From positions 18,697 through 82,696 of the forward strand of contig JAQBUT010000016.1 in the NCBI GenBank assembly GCA_027623195.1: a DNA stretch of 64,000 nucleotides, given 5' to 3'. A model generated the notes under the pieces. It made no database searches. It saw nothing but the letters and a program-made list of their open reading frames with translations, and was not told the DNA's origin. This document shows, one piece after another, positions 27,538 to 37,849 of the stretch (the stretch's first letter is position 1; each line of letters begins with the position of its first letter). The stretch is from Chloroflexota bacterium (lineage in GTDB: Bacteria > Chloroflexota > Dehalococcoidia > Lucifugimonadales > JADFKI01). The position numbers were made by a program, and so were the translations under genes.

Positions 27538-27964
27538 TCTTTATCGCGATGCTATATTGGAGCATCGCCGTAACCCTAGAAACGCCGATAAACTCGAAGA
27601 CTTCGACACCACGGGTGACGCCGTTAACCCCTTCTGCGGCGACGAGATACACCTTCAGCTAAAGCAGGACGACAAGGGTCGTATTACTGCGGTGGGCCTG
27701 CAAGGCGAGGGCTGTTCTATCAACCGGGCATCAGGCTCAATGATGTCCGAGGCCGCCAAAGGCAAGACCCCTACGGAAATTCGCGCCCTTACCGACTGGG
27801 TAAGAAAGCTAATGCAGGGTGACCCTGAAGCCGAATCCCAATTGAGTCCCGAGGGTGACCTTCGAAATCTTTTCGGCGTGCGAGAGTACCCCATCCGCAT
27901 CAAGTGTGCGCTGCTTCCCTGGTCCGCGCTGGACGAGGCGCTTTCCAAACTTTCCGACGGCTAG
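27515..27964 (+). CDS. sufU: SUF-system NifU-family protein, copy 2
   Basis: LYRDAILEH, NPFCGD, GCSINRAS, PIRIKC; overlaps the sufS end. Confidence 0.9.
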   Translation: MALERLDDLYRDAILEHRRNPRNADKLEDFDTTGDAVNPFCGDEIHLQLKQDDKGRITAVGLQGEGCSINRASGSMMSEAAKGKTPTEIRALTDWVRKLMQGDPEAESQLSPEGDLRNLFGVREYPIRIKCALLPWSALDEALSKLSDG

Positions 27965-28016
27965 AGCGATAAAAACGAGTCCGCCCGTAAGCTTTCCCTT
28001 GGCCTCCGTTAAACCC

Positions 28017-29111
28017 TTACCGCTGACCGGACGCCAAAAAAGTCTTGAGCGTCTCGAGGTCCATTCCATCTATGCCCAGGTCTTCGGGTGTGCGTGCCGC
28101 TTCCCAGCCGTCGAACCCAATCACGATGGAACCAATGTCCACGAACGACCTCATGAGGGGCGTGTCCACACCGAACTGTTTCCCCACCAGACTCCATGCG
28201 GCAATTCCGTAGGGAATGTCTTCCGTGAGCCAGCGGCTGTCCAGGGAGCCGGGGGCCTTTAGCCGAGTAAGCATCATGCTGCCGTTAATCGTAGCCCAGA
28301 GGTCCCCTTGCGGCCCAAATCCTGCATTATGGAATCCCTCGTTGGCCGGCAATAACTCGTACCCCAGGGCACTGCCTATGGCGCGGCGTTCGTCGTCCAC
28401 CTGCATGATGACCTTCGCTACAGAGGGCGAGACGCCCTCCTCGTAGAAGTAGAACTCGCCACGGGAATACTCGATGCGCCCGGCGTTCATTAGCACCCCC
28501 GCAGGATGGACCACCGGATTGATGGCTGACAGCCCTGCCGCCATCACGTCTGGGTACAGAGAAATGCCGGGAAACAGAGGGTCGACGATCTGCCTCACCC
28601 GTTCGCCGTCCGTAGCTGGCAACACGCCCATACCAAGGCTGGTCACGATGCCCCATATCGTAGCCGTATCGGGCGAGGTCTTGCGACAAACATAGGGAGC
28701 AGTGTCTACCTCCGCCAGCGTCACGCCTGTAGTTCCAGCGTCGCGCAGTACCTTTGCCCACTCGAGCGCGCCAAACGTTCCGGGTATGACCACCACCGTC
28801 TGCCCTTGCCGAATGTGAGGGGCGCACACCTCAGCGAATCGTTTGTGGGCGTAGGCAGGCACTATAAGCAACACCAGGTCCGATGCGGCCAATGCTTCCT
28901 CCGCATCTGTAGTTACCTTTTGGATTTTGGCTGCACCCTGCTCCGCTACTCCCACCAGATTGATGATTTGGGACTCGCGTATCGGCTGTAGGGAATCTGC
29001 GAACTCCGGTAACTCGTACAGGGTGATCTCGTGACCCTGGAGGCTCAGGTTAGCTGCGACGGCGAAGGCTGTGTTACCGCCTCCCAAGATGGTTACAGAT
29101 CTGTTGCTCAT
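28017..29111 (-). CDS. NAD/NADP octopine/nopaline (opine) dehydrogenase family
   Basis: GGGN Rossmann start, VPAYAH, NPVVHP, FYFYEEG, DDER, RWLTEDIPYG. Confidence 0.88.
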   Translation of the reverse strand: MSNRSVTILGGGNTAFAVAANLSLQGHEITLYELPEFADSLQPIRESQIINLVGVAEQGAAKIQKVTTDAEEALAASDLVLLIVPAYAHKRFAEVCAPHIRQGQTVVVIPGTFGALEWAKVLRDAGTTGVTLAEVDTAPYVCRKTSPDTATIWGIVTSLGMGVLPATDGERVRQIVDPLFPGISLYPDVMAAGLSAINPVVHPAGVLMNAGRIEYSRGEFYFYEEGVSPSVAKVIMQVDDERRAIGSALGYELLPANEGFHNAGFGPQGDLWATINGSMMLTRLKAPGSLDSRWLTEDIPYGIAAWSLVGKQFGVDTPLMRSFVDIGSIVIGFDGWEAARTPEDLGIDGMDLETLKTFLASGQR

Positions 29112-29232
29112 TTTCCCCCTCTACGATGTAGTAACGCTGATCAACCTGCGCTATTTATGTGAGTTGGTATCTTCGCATATTGAGTCTGGCTAATTCCGCA
29201 CTTTTGCTCGGAGCCTAGACTAGCATTCGACT

Positions 29233-30348
29233 TTACCCAAATCTGGCTGGACTGAAAGGCTCAATGGGAAAATCCGCCGCGCCTTTTAGTATCTGGTCAG
29301 TGAGTGCTTTTGCCATCCCCGGCCCAAGAAGAATGCCCTTGCGTCCTGCGCCTGTGGCGATGTATGCGCCCTCCAGGCCCGGCACAGGGCCAAGAATGGG
29401 AATGCCGTCCACAGAAAGGGGCCGCAGACATGCCGTGTGCTGCACTAGCTCCGCGTCCAACAGCGAGGGTATCATCTTCAATAGAGAGGCCATAATCTGA
29501 TCTCTCGCCGCCGCTGTCGGGTTCTCGTCGAAGCCCGCCTCTTCCTCGGTCGTGCCGGTCCAAAGTAGGCCGTCCATCTTGGTATTTGCGTAGTTTCCCG
29601 CCCAGCCTATTGAGCAGTCGAAGGGAGCGCCCGGAGCCTTCAAGCGAAGTATCTGCCCCTTCAATGGTCGGATCGGTATGTCCAGTCCGGTCCAGGAAGA
29701 CGCGTCTGCGCTCCATGGGCCTATCGCAATGACAACCGCACCGCATGGTATTTCGCCGGTCTCAGTGACGACGCCTGTCACCTTGCCGCCGCTAGTTCGG
29801 AGGCCGTTAACGTTGCCGTGTCGAACCGTAGCTCCCATCTTTTCCGCTGCCTGAGTGAGCGCCAGAATGAATTTGTAGGGCTCTACTTCTGCGACGCCTT
29901 CCACGTAAACCCCGCCGAGAATCTCCTCAGAAACTCGGGGCTCAATCTCCATGGCCTTTGCGGCATCTACCCACTCTACGCGGTAGCCGTCCTGCTCCTG
30001 CTGCCACGCCAACGGCCCTTTGGCCTCGTCCACCTCATCCTCTGTGAAGGACAGCGAAAGCGAAGGGCGCAGGCGAAATTCCGTGGCGACTCCGGTTTCT
30101 TCCGGAAGCGACTTGGCGAACTCACTGTGAAGGCGAAGGCCCTCTTTGGCCAGAGGATACACCGGGCCGGGTATGCCTGCTCCAGACAAAGGCGTCAGGC
30201 CGCCGTAAGCGAAACCAGATGCGTGGCTTCCGACGGAGTCGCGTTCAATGACGGTACTCCGAACCCCGGCCAGGCCCAGAAAGTAAGCCGTCGCGATTCC
30301 GACTACGCCACCGCCAACGATGACTACTTCGCTGCTGCCTGCGTTCAT
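29233..30348 (-). CDS. FAD-dependent amino-acid oxidase (glycine oxidase ThiO/DAO-like)
   Basis: GGGVVG, GPWS, PLKGQ, LRP..DG.P..G, ATG..R.GILLGP; GGAGG before ATG 30348. Confidence 0.85.
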   Translation of the reverse strand: MNAGSSEVVIVGGGVVGIATAYFLGLAGVRSTVIERDSVGSHASGFAYGGLTPLSGAGIPGPVYPLAKEGLRLHSEFAKSLPEETGVATEFRLRPSLSLSFTEDEVDEAKGPLAWQQEQDGYRVEWVDAAKAMEIEPRVSEEILGGVYVEGVAEVEPYKFILALTQAAEKMGATVRHGNVNGLRTSGGKVTGVVTETGEIPCGAVVIAIGPWSADASSWTGLDIPIRPLKGQILRLKAPGAPFDCSIGWAGNYANTKMDGLLWTGTTEEEAGFDENPTAAARDQIMASLLKMIPSLLDAELVQHTACLRPLSVDGIPILGPVPGLEGAYIATGAGRKGILLGPGMAKALTDQILKGAADFPIEPFSPARFG

Positions 30349-30598
30349 TATATCCTCCAAACTAGACTACTCTCACCGGCCTGTTCAGGGCCGAAAGCCC
30401 CGTGAACGCCCGAATAGGCGCAAGTGCAAACTCGAATCCTAAGTCGGTCAAACCAATGTTACCCCATTGGCCTGAAAGGCGCACCACCTGCCAATCGCCT
30501 TGGCCATTTCCCATTTGTCAGATTTTTCAGAGCAGACCTGCGTGGCCGCCGTGGGGAGGTGTTTGCATGGCCCATTTTGAGGTGCCTGACTCCGCTAC

Positions 30599-30627
30599 TT
30601 GCCGCAACCAACCCTGGTGCCTATAAT
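30599..30627 (+). promoter_or_regulatory. putative sigma70 promoter
   Basis: TTGCCG, 17 nt, TATAAT upstream of the monooxygenase. Confidence 0.55.
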
Positions 30628-30758
30628 CCGCTACGGAAGTCCCACCTTTGACAAGACGAACGACATGAAGGTCGGGGAATCCGTGACGGCTTAATTCTCG
30701 CAGTTGACTGGAACAGGCCGGAATCAAGAAAAATTTACCGTAAGGAGCTCAAGAGGGA

Positions 30759-31928
30759 ATGACAGTAGCGTCCGATGACATCGAACATTATCTGGAAGTC
30801 GCCAAAAGACTGTTTCCGAAAGTGGCGGCTGCGTCTGAACAGATTCACAATGATCGGGAGCTACCGCCCGCACTGGCTCAAGAATTGGCTGATGAGGGTT
30901 TTTTCAGACTACTATTGCCCAAGAGTCTCGGGGGCGCAGAGCTTAATTTCCTCGACTTCTTACGCATAATCCAATACATCGGGCAGGCCGACAGCAGCAC
31001 GGCATGGTGCCTTAACCAAAACAACATTTTGGCCACAAACGCTGTACGCATGCCTGAGGCAACCGCAAAGAAGATATGGAATGAGCAGAGGGCAGTGCTG
31101 ACGAACGGTCCTCCCACATACGAAGCTAAAGCGGTGCAAGTCGATGGCGGCTATAAGCTCTCCGGTCGCTGGGACTTCAGTACGGGGATACGCCACGCGA
31201 CATGGGTTGCAGCATTGGCTCCGGTTACTCGGGACAGCCACGAGCAGGACAGCATAACCTCACGACGCGATTCCCGAATCTTTCTGGTCCCGAAAGAAGA
31301 GGTCGAGGTTCATGACGCGTGGGATGTAAGGGGTCTTCGTGGCACGGGCAGCTTTAGCTTCTCGGCCCTTGACATATTCGTGCCTTCCGACCATACTTAC
31401 AGCACGTCCGACCCTACTCGCGAGCCCGGACCAACCTATGCCATCCCCACGGTGCTTACCTTCGGGGCTGGTTTCGCAACTGCTGCGTTGGGCAATGCGC
31501 GGGCTAGTCTGGACGCAGTCATAAAGCTTGCCAGCACCAAGACTCCTGCATATGGCAATACCCTTCTTCGAGATATGTCTACTACGCAGCGCCAGATGGG
31601 CCAGACCGAGGCCATGTGGCGGTCCTGCCGTGCGTACCTGCGTGAAGCAACTGCCAGGGTCTGGGAGAGCGCCAGCGTACGGGGAACCTTGACGGTCGAA
31701 GAGCGCATTGACTTGCGCCTTGCCGCCACGCACGCCATCCGTACCTCCTGCGAGGTCGTGGGCATTGCCTATAACCTTGGAGGGTCCAGCGCCGTATTCG
31801 AGAGCAGCCCTCTCCAACGTTACTTTCAGGACGCCAACGTCATGAGCCAGCAGGGTCAGGGTCGCATGCTGCATTTCGACGTGGCTGGCGCGTATCACCT
31901 GGGTCTTGAGCCAGAAGGCCTTTTCTAA
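30759..31928 (+). CDS. acyl-CoA dehydrogenase-fold flavin-dependent monooxygenase (HsaA/group D-like)
   Basis: PKSLGGAE, STAW, GRWDFSTG, WDVRGLRGTGS, LQRYFQD. Confidence 0.85.
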   Translation: MTVASDDIEHYLEVAKRLFPKVAAASEQIHNDRELPPALAQELADEGFFRLLLPKSLGGAELNFLDFLRIIQYIGQADSSTAWCLNQNNILATNAVRMPEATAKKIWNEQRAVLTNGPPTYEAKAVQVDGGYKLSGRWDFSTGIRHATWVAALAPVTRDSHEQDSITSRRDSRIFLVPKEEVEVHDAWDVRGLRGTGSFSFSALDIFVPSDHTYSTSDPTREPGPTYAIPTVLTFGAGFATAALGNARASLDAVIKLASTKTPAYGNTLLRDMSTTQRQMGQTEAMWRSCRAYLREATARVWESASVRGTLTVEERIDLRLAATHAIRTSCEVVGIAYNLGGSSAVFESSPLQRYFQDANVMSQQGQGRMLHFDVAGAYHLGLEPEGLF

Positions 31929-32027
31929 CCTGCTACCCATGTCTCGTGAGCCTCGCGGCGGCGGGACCGATTCATTGTGGCATATTGGAGTTATTTATTG
32001 AGTTCTTCAGATTACCAGAGAGACGTA

Positions 32028-33014
32028 ATGCCCTATTACGGGGGACTGGTCTCTTTCTTCAGGTTGCCTCCGATTGAGTTCAAGGATATTGCGGAAGGAA
32101 CGACCGTTATCGCCGGTGTGCCTATCGATAACGGCATATACGGAGGGAGACCCGGCGCGCGTTTCGGTCCAAGGGCGATCCGCGAGGCGTCTATGTTCTT
32201 CAGGGCGGGATACGAGTTGGCGCCAGATAAGACGAGAGTGGACCTGGATTCCGAGACTGCCCTACGTCTGAAGGATGCGCCCGATGTCGGAGACCTGGGC
32301 GACTTCAACATATACCCTACGGATCTGATGAAAACTACAGAGTCCGTGACTCAGGGTGTTGCGGAGGTGGTTCAGCGAGGCGGCTTCCCGGTAGTAATGG
32401 GTGGCGATCACTACGTAGCGTATCCGTCGTTCGAAGGCTTTGCCAAAGGCATGGCGGAGAGGCATGAGAATCTTCGCCTGGGATTCATACATATCGACGC
32501 CCACACTGACTTCAACGAAAGCAACGCGCTGGGCGGGCGCTACCACCACGGAACCATGGTACGTCGCATCAGCGAAAACCCCGCGATTGAATATAAGAAC
32601 CTGGCCTGGGTTGGCCTGAACAGTCCCGTCACCGTGGACCAGTTTGAGCTGAAGCGAGAGCACAATCTGAACATGATGACGGCCCGGAACGTGCGCGACC
32701 GGGGAATTGCCGACGTTATGACCGATGCCATGAACACGGCCGCGGATGGCGTGCACGCGGTGTACGTCAGCATAGACATCGATGTAATCGACGCCCACCA
32801 GTCCACTGGCACTGGCTCGCCCGAATTTAACGGGGTTCACACTGCCGAATTCTTTGAGGCCATGGACATGCTTAGCCGCTACGATATGCTGGCGGCCTTC
32901 GATCTGTGCGAGGTGTCGCCCGAATGGGACCCCTCAGGCCAAACTGAGCGCATCGCGGTAGATGGCATGCTCAGGGTGCTGCACCCGAGGCTTTTCGATG
33001 AGGTGAATCTGTGA
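32028..33014 (+). CDS. agmatinase/ureohydrolase family
   Basis: RPGARFGPRAIR, GGDH, DAHTD, HGT, SIDIDVID, EVSP. Confidence 0.9.
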   Translation: MPYYGGLVSFFRLPPIEFKDIAEGTTVIAGVPIDNGIYGGRPGARFGPRAIREASMFFRAGYELAPDKTRVDLDSETALRLKDAPDVGDLGDFNIYPTDLMKTTESVTQGVAEVVQRGGFPVVMGGDHYVAYPSFEGFAKGMAERHENLRLGFIHIDAHTDFNESNALGGRYHHGTMVRRISENPAIEYKNLAWVGLNSPVTVDQFELKREHNLNMMTARNVRDRGIADVMTDAMNTAADGVHAVYVSIDIDVIDAHQSTGTGSPEFNGVHTAEFFEAMDMLSRYDMLAAFDLCEVSPEWDPSGQTERIAVDGMLRVLHPRLFDEVNL

Positions 33015-33051
33015 GGTGGACGATGACCATCAGTAAGCAATCAGGGAGTCG

Positions 33052-33468
33052 ATGATGTCTGGAAACCTCCGCATTACGGCAGGGCCGTACAACTTCGTGG
33101 CGAAGCAGGAAGAGGCAGCGCCTAACACCTGCGCGGCTTTCCTGGGGCAGTTGCCGTTCCGTAACAAGATCATTCACGTCCGTTGGAGCGGCGAGGCAGT
33201 GTGGGTGCCTCTCGGCGATGCGAAGATAACCTCTGAATACGAGAACCACACAACCTATCCCTCCCGTGGCGACATTCTGCTCTACCCCGGCGGAATAAGC
33301 GAAACGGAGATCTTGATCGCTTACGGGGCTACTTCGTTCGCCAGCAAGATGGGTTCTCTGGCAGGCAACCACTTTCTTACCATAGTAGAAGGCTTGGAAA
33401 ATCTGGCTGCGCTGGGCCACATGGTGCTTTGGGAAGGCGCTCAGGACATACTTTTCGAGGCCATATAG
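33052..33468 (+). CDS. DUF3830 family (cyclophilin-like) protein
   Basis: APNTC, HVRWSGE, ENHT, SETEIL, LAGNHF. Confidence 0.85.
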   Translation: MMSGNLRITAGPYNFVAKQEEAAPNTCAAFLGQLPFRNKIIHVRWSGEAVWVPLGDAKITSEYENHTTYPSRGDILLYPGGISETEILIAYGATSFASKMGSLAGNHFLTIVEGLENLAALGHMVLWEGAQDILFEAI

Positions 33469-33500
33469 GCACACTCACCACGATGGGCCTCTTCCAGAAG

Positions 33501-35255
33501 TTACCTTACCGAGACCTTTGACCAGTGAGAATACTCAAACCCGGCGAAATTAGGATGGAACTGCTTCACCCTTGGCCACCATGTCCAGACGGAAACGCCG
33601 CCAGCAGCAACGAACCGATGCGAATCTTCCATTGCCCGCCGCTGAACTTCCAGAAATATCTTTTTGCGTTTCGTGGGGTCTAGTTCTTGGGCTTGCGACT
33701 CGATCAGGGCATCTATATTGGCATCGTACACCGCAGTGGTGTTCCAGTGGCCTCCGCTGTGCAGAACGGTCAGCATGTATGCATTAGGAGACAACACTGG
33801 CGCCATAGGACCGGCGAACATCTGGTAATCTCCACCCAGCCAAACATCCTCTCCGAAGTAACGTCGGTTAACGACCTCAATCGCTGGCTCAAAGCCGACA
33901 ACTCGCATCTCATCCGCGATTCGTTCGGCATGCCTGAGGTAGGCCTCTCCAAAGTCCCCGACCTTTATGGTTACGGGAATAGACGTATCCCCTCTCGATT
34001 CGGTAACCAGAATCCGTGCCCGCACAACGTCGCCGAAGTAGGTGCGCATCACGTCTTGCGGCAGCAACCAGTCTGCAGCAGGGGATGGAACGCCCTGCCC
34101 TACTGTTGCCGCACCCAGCCAAATATCTTCCACGGCCGCCCACGGGTCCATCGAGAGCATAGCCGCTCGACGCAACCGTGCGTCCTGGAATGGCTCCGAG
34201 CTGGCGTTCAGGGCAACCTCAAGCCCAGTGCCCTGGTCCGGCGAAAAGAGACCAGGGGCACCCGGTACTCCTCTCAGGTGTTCCTGCCACTGAGGGGGCG
34301 ACATCTGATACACGTCGATGTTGCGCACCTGAAAGGCCGCATCACGAGTAGCTGCGTCTTGCAGCACGTGTATGTTTAGCCTATCCAGCAGAGGGTAACC
34401 CTCTTCGTAGTAGTCAGGGTTGGCGCTGAAGAAATGCCTGGTCCCCGGCCTGCTTTCTGTCAGCACCCACGGACCGGAGCCCACTGTTGGGCCGTTGGTC
34501 AGATCGCCGGTTTGCTCCACAGCCTCCCGGGCTACTATCTTGGAATGGCCGTCTGCCAATGCCACCATGAAGTCGGCGTCCGGGGCCTTGAGACTCAGAC
34601 GCAACGTTCTCGGTCCGATGGCCTCGGCACTTTCCAGCATGTTCAGGAGGGCTGCGTTGGGGGACTCGTCTCGCTGTTGCCTGAGGTAGCTGAAGACCAC
34701 ATCGTCTGCGGAAACAGGCCTTCTGTTGACCGGATTAATGTCCTGCCACACGGCGTTTTCCCGTAATTCGAATGCGATCGTCGTATCGTCTAGCATGCTC
34801 CAGCGAGAGCAGAGGTCGCATTCCACCTGCAGGCTGGGGAGAGCGACCACTGGCCCCGACTGGAACCTTAAGAGCCTGCTGTACGCTATACCGGGACCCC
34901 ATGTGGACAGGGCTGGTGAAACATCTTCCTGGACGTCGTAATGCGTAATGGCCTGTCGGCTGGCCAAGTTAAGGGTGCCGCCTCGAAGAGAATCGCTAAC
35001 TGGAACGGTTGGGGACGCGGCTGGGGATGGCCCTGCCGTCGGCACCGAGGCGGTGGGCGTGGCAGGTGTTATGGTTGCGAGCGCCGTTCGGGTAGGCTCA
35101 GGCGGTGCGACTGTGGTCACGGCTACGGAAGTCGCGGATGCCGTCGGTTGCAGGCCTGGCGGGTTACTTTCTGGCGAGCAGGATAGCAGCAGGATTGGGG
35201 CGAACACAGCCAGCACCATTATCTGAAAGACAAGCGAACTGGGGCGAAGGTTCAT
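33501..35255 (-). CDS. ABC transporter substrate-binding lipoprotein (family 5), orphan
   Basis: Lipobox LLLSC, Pro/Thr/Ala-rich linker, GGTL, ADDVVFS, GSGPW, NPDYY; no permease nearby. Confidence 0.88.
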   Translation of the reverse strand: MNLRPSSLVFQIMVLAVFAPILLLSCSPESNPPGLQPTASATSVAVTTVAPPEPTRTALATITPATPTASVPTAGPSPAASPTVPVSDSLRGGTLNLASRQAITHYDVQEDVSPALSTWGPGIAYSRLLRFQSGPVVALPSLQVECDLCSRWSMLDDTTIAFELRENAVWQDINPVNRRPVSADDVVFSYLRQQRDESPNAALLNMLESAEAIGPRTLRLSLKAPDADFMVALADGHSKIVAREAVEQTGDLTNGPTVGSGPWVLTESRPGTRHFFSANPDYYEEGYPLLDRLNIHVLQDAATRDAAFQVRNIDVYQMSPPQWQEHLRGVPGAPGLFSPDQGTGLEVALNASSEPFQDARLRRAAMLSMDPWAAVEDIWLGAATVGQGVPSPAADWLLPQDVMRTYFGDVVRARILVTESRGDTSIPVTIKVGDFGEAYLRHAERIADEMRVVGFEPAIEVVNRRYFGEDVWLGGDYQMFAGPMAPVLSPNAYMLTVLHSGGHWNTTAVYDANIDALIESQAQELDPTKRKKIFLEVQRRAMEDSHRFVAAGGVSVWTWWPRVKQFHPNFAGFEYSHWSKVSVR

Positions 35256-36247
35256 GCCGAGTCGCCGGTCAGCATTGGCTCGGGACTATCCGGCATACGT
35301 TTCCAGGGAAGCCTTCCACGAAGCCTCTGTGCAATCTGCAATCCCTCTCTTGGAAGGAATATCGCTGCAATAATAGTTGGAGGCAGGAAAAATACGGCAT
35401 GGCATATCAGAGCAAAGCCGAGTCCTGCTTCACGCTCAACGCCGAAGCGCTCCAGTATGATCAGCATTGCGTACTCAAATGTGCCGAGGGCGCTTGGCGC
35501 GGATGGCATAGTCGTCGCGATGAATATAGTACCCATTATTGTTACCATTGCCGTGATCGGTGATATGGGTAGTCCCACCCCTACCGCCACAAACCAGGAG
35601 GCCACACCCACGGTCAGCCAAAACAGTATGCTTAGGAGCAGCGACGCTATAAGCCTGTCGGGATGCTTCTCCAACTCGGACACAGCCCATGAGAGCGAAC
35701 TAAGAAAAGGGACCTTTCTAATGAGTTCAAAGTTTTGTCCTGCCCAGCTAATCGTCTTCACGCCGACTATTGCCAGAATTATCACCGCCGCCGGCACCCA
35801 AAGGTAATCGCTAAACTGCCGCATCTGGGGAACGAAGAAGACCGCAGCCAGCAATATCATAGCGCTCGATATGGTGTCAATTATGCGTTCCATGCCAAGC
35901 GTCGCTATCGCTGTAGAGGGCTGCACGCCATCTCTGACGGTGAGAATTGCTACCTGGGCCGGGTCGCTGGCGACGCGCACGGGCAACATGTTGTTCAGCC
36001 CTATACCCTCGTTTTGGATAATAAAAAGTCGAGAGCTTGATATAGGGAAATTAATGAAGAGACAGCGCCAACGCACTGCTCGGAGGAAACCAGCCATCAT
36101 GAAGAGTATGACGGCGCCCATAACTACAGGAGGGGAAACATCTCTCAACGAATGGCCCACCTGGTCCCAGTCCAACCCTCTGAATACAAGCCATACCATA
36201 AGACTGCTGAGGACCAGTCCCAGTGAGATACGGCCGAATTTCGTCAT
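35252..36247 (-). CDS. lysylphosphatidylglycerol-synthase TM domain / flippase-like membrane protein
   Basis: RAVRW, NNMLPVR, ERIID, PSAPSALGTFE; start uncertain. Confidence 0.8.
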   Translation of the reverse strand: MTKFGRISLGLVLSSLMVWLVFRGLDWDQVGHSLRDVSPPVVMGAVILFMMAGFLRAVRWRCLFINFPISSSRLFIIQNEGIGLNNMLPVRVASDPAQVAILTVRDGVQPSTAIATLGMERIIDTISSAMILLAAVFFVPQMRQFSDYLWVPAAVIILAIVGVKTISWAGQNFELIRKVPFLSSLSWAVSELEKHPDRLIASLLLSILFWLTVGVASWFVAVGVGLPISPITAMVTIMGTIFIATTMPSAPSALGTFEYAMLIILERFGVEREAGLGFALICHAVFFLPPTIIAAIFLPREGLQIAQRLRGRLPWKRMPDSPEPMLTGDSA

Positions 36248-36374
36248 ATTAGAATGCATGGTTGAATGGAAAACCCCTGGAGCCCAAGGGCCGCATGGGC
36301 GATGTACCGTCTCTGTAGTATAATCAATGCTGCCTACCAATACCACGTAAACAGGTACCCTTCAGCTTACACTT

Positions 36375-37184
36375 ATGCTCATAGACTGCCACGTCCACCT
36401 TGACTCTTATACGAACGATGAGGTCTTTGAGATTCTCCAGAGAGGCCGCGATGTTGGCGTGGGATTCGTTATATCCGCAGGCACCACGTTAGCGTCCACA
36501 CAGCGCTCGTTGGAACTTTCGAAAACATTCCCGGACTTCTTTTCGGGCGTGGGCATACACCCCATGGATATAGAAGAACCGTTCGACGATTCCACGTACG
36601 AACGCCTACGAGACATGGCCCTATCTACAGACAAGGTGCTGGTCGTAAGTGAGATTGGCCTGGACTTCATGGAAGGCATGCCAGACAGAGCGTTACAGTA
36701 CGAAGCGTTTCGTCAGCAGATAAGGCTTGCTCGAGACCTGGGTAGGCCTGTAATTTTCCACAGCCGCGAATCACACGACGAGGCGTTCCGAGTGCTGCGA
36801 GAGGAGAAGGCCTATGAGGTCGGCGGAGTGATGCACTACTTTCAGGGCACTTTGGATGACGCCCGGAAGGTGTTGGACATGGGGTTATACATTTCTCTGG
36901 CAAGACCACTTCTGAGATTGCCACACCTTCAAGCCGTGGCTGCCGAACTTCCTCTTGATAGCATCGTTCTGGAGACAGACTCCGCGCCACAGCCGTTCAA
37001 ACCCAAGCGTGAGAACTGGACGGAGCCCCGGTATACGCGATTCATAGCGGAAAAGCTCGCCGAGCTACAAGGCAAGGACGTGGAGGAGGTAGTGCAAGCC
37101 ACTACCGCCAACATGAGGAATTTGCTTGGAGACGGCTGGGCCACAGTGGAGACTTACGTCCAGGGCGCCCGAATCGGCGATTAG
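36375..37184 (+). CDS. TatD-family hydrolase
   Basis: DCHVH, GIHP, EIGLD, HSRE, ETD. Confidence 0.92.
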   Translation: MLIDCHVHLDSYTNDEVFEILQRGRDVGVGFVISAGTTLASTQRSLELSKTFPDFFSGVGIHPMDIEEPFDDSTYERLRDMALSTDKVLVVSEIGLDFMEGMPDRALQYEAFRQQIRLARDLGRPVIFHSRESHDEAFRVLREEKAYEVGGVMHYFQGTLDDARKVLDMGLYISLARPLLRLPHLQAVAAELPLDSIVLETDSAPQPFKPKRENWTEPRYTRFIAEKLAELQGKDVEEVVQATTANMRNLLGDGWATVETYVQGARIGD

Positions 37185-37238
37185 TACAGAGTATTGGGAA
37201 CATATATGAAGCGAATTACCATTTCGTCTTAGCGACGC

Positions 37239-37778
37239 TTACATGCGGCCTACGGACTGTATGGGAACAAGAAGTGCGGGAACTATAAATATTCCGATCG
37301 TCCATGCCACAGAGTTTACAATGATGGCCCTGACCCAATCGATCTCATGCGTTTCCTTAATCGCCACCAGGCCAGCAGGGTACAACCAGATAAAGGAAAG
37401 CGGAAATAGGTACGCTCCGGCCCAGGGTATGTCAAATAGAATACCAAGAACCCCAGGCCCAAAAGTGAAGCCCAAATTCCTAAGAAGCTGTCTGAATCCG
37501 GCTTTCCCGCCCAGAATTCGGCCAAGCAAGAAAGCAAGCACAGTCCACAAGACCCAGCTGGTCACTTTGGAGCTCGCCGCCATCGCAATGATCACGGAAG
37601 ATGGCGCATCTGGAAACGATAATATACTGGCGTTTTTTAGCCCCAAACCAAATGCTACTGCGGCCAGCAGTACGATGCCCAGCGCATAAAACATCTCCCT
37701 CGGATCGTCCCCAATTTCGCGGTACAGCCGCCCGTCCAGAATTGTCGCTCTTAACGCCCTTGCCAGCACCGTTTTCAC
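37239..37778 (-). CDS. Yip1-like membrane protein
   Basis: About 5 hydrophobic segments; G.....LLR.LGF...P pattern. Confidence 0.6.
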   Translation of the reverse strand: MKTVLARALRATILDGRLYREIGDDPREMFYALGIVLLAAVAFGLGLKNASILSFPDAPSSVIIAMAASSKVTSWVLWTVLAFLLGRILGGKAGFRQLLRNLGFTFGPGVLGILFDIPWAGAYLFPLSFIWLYPAGLVAIKETHEIDWVRAIIVNSVAWTIGIFIVPALLVPIQSVGRM

Positions 37779-37849
37779 TCTCCCCCAAAACTGTGGAATT
37801 CAACCTGTGGAATTCTACCAGATTGCTGCCAAGCTCCCTTAAAACGTGG

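Noticed and set aside
28017..29111. Opine metallophore (staphylopine/pseudopaline) synthesis
   Set aside because: No nicotianamine-synthase-like gene or exporter adjacent
30380..30490. Glycine riboswitch upstream of the glycine oxidase-like gene (CTTTCAGG on the minus strand, small hairpins)
   Set aside because: The GGAGA and CCGAAG core elements are missing
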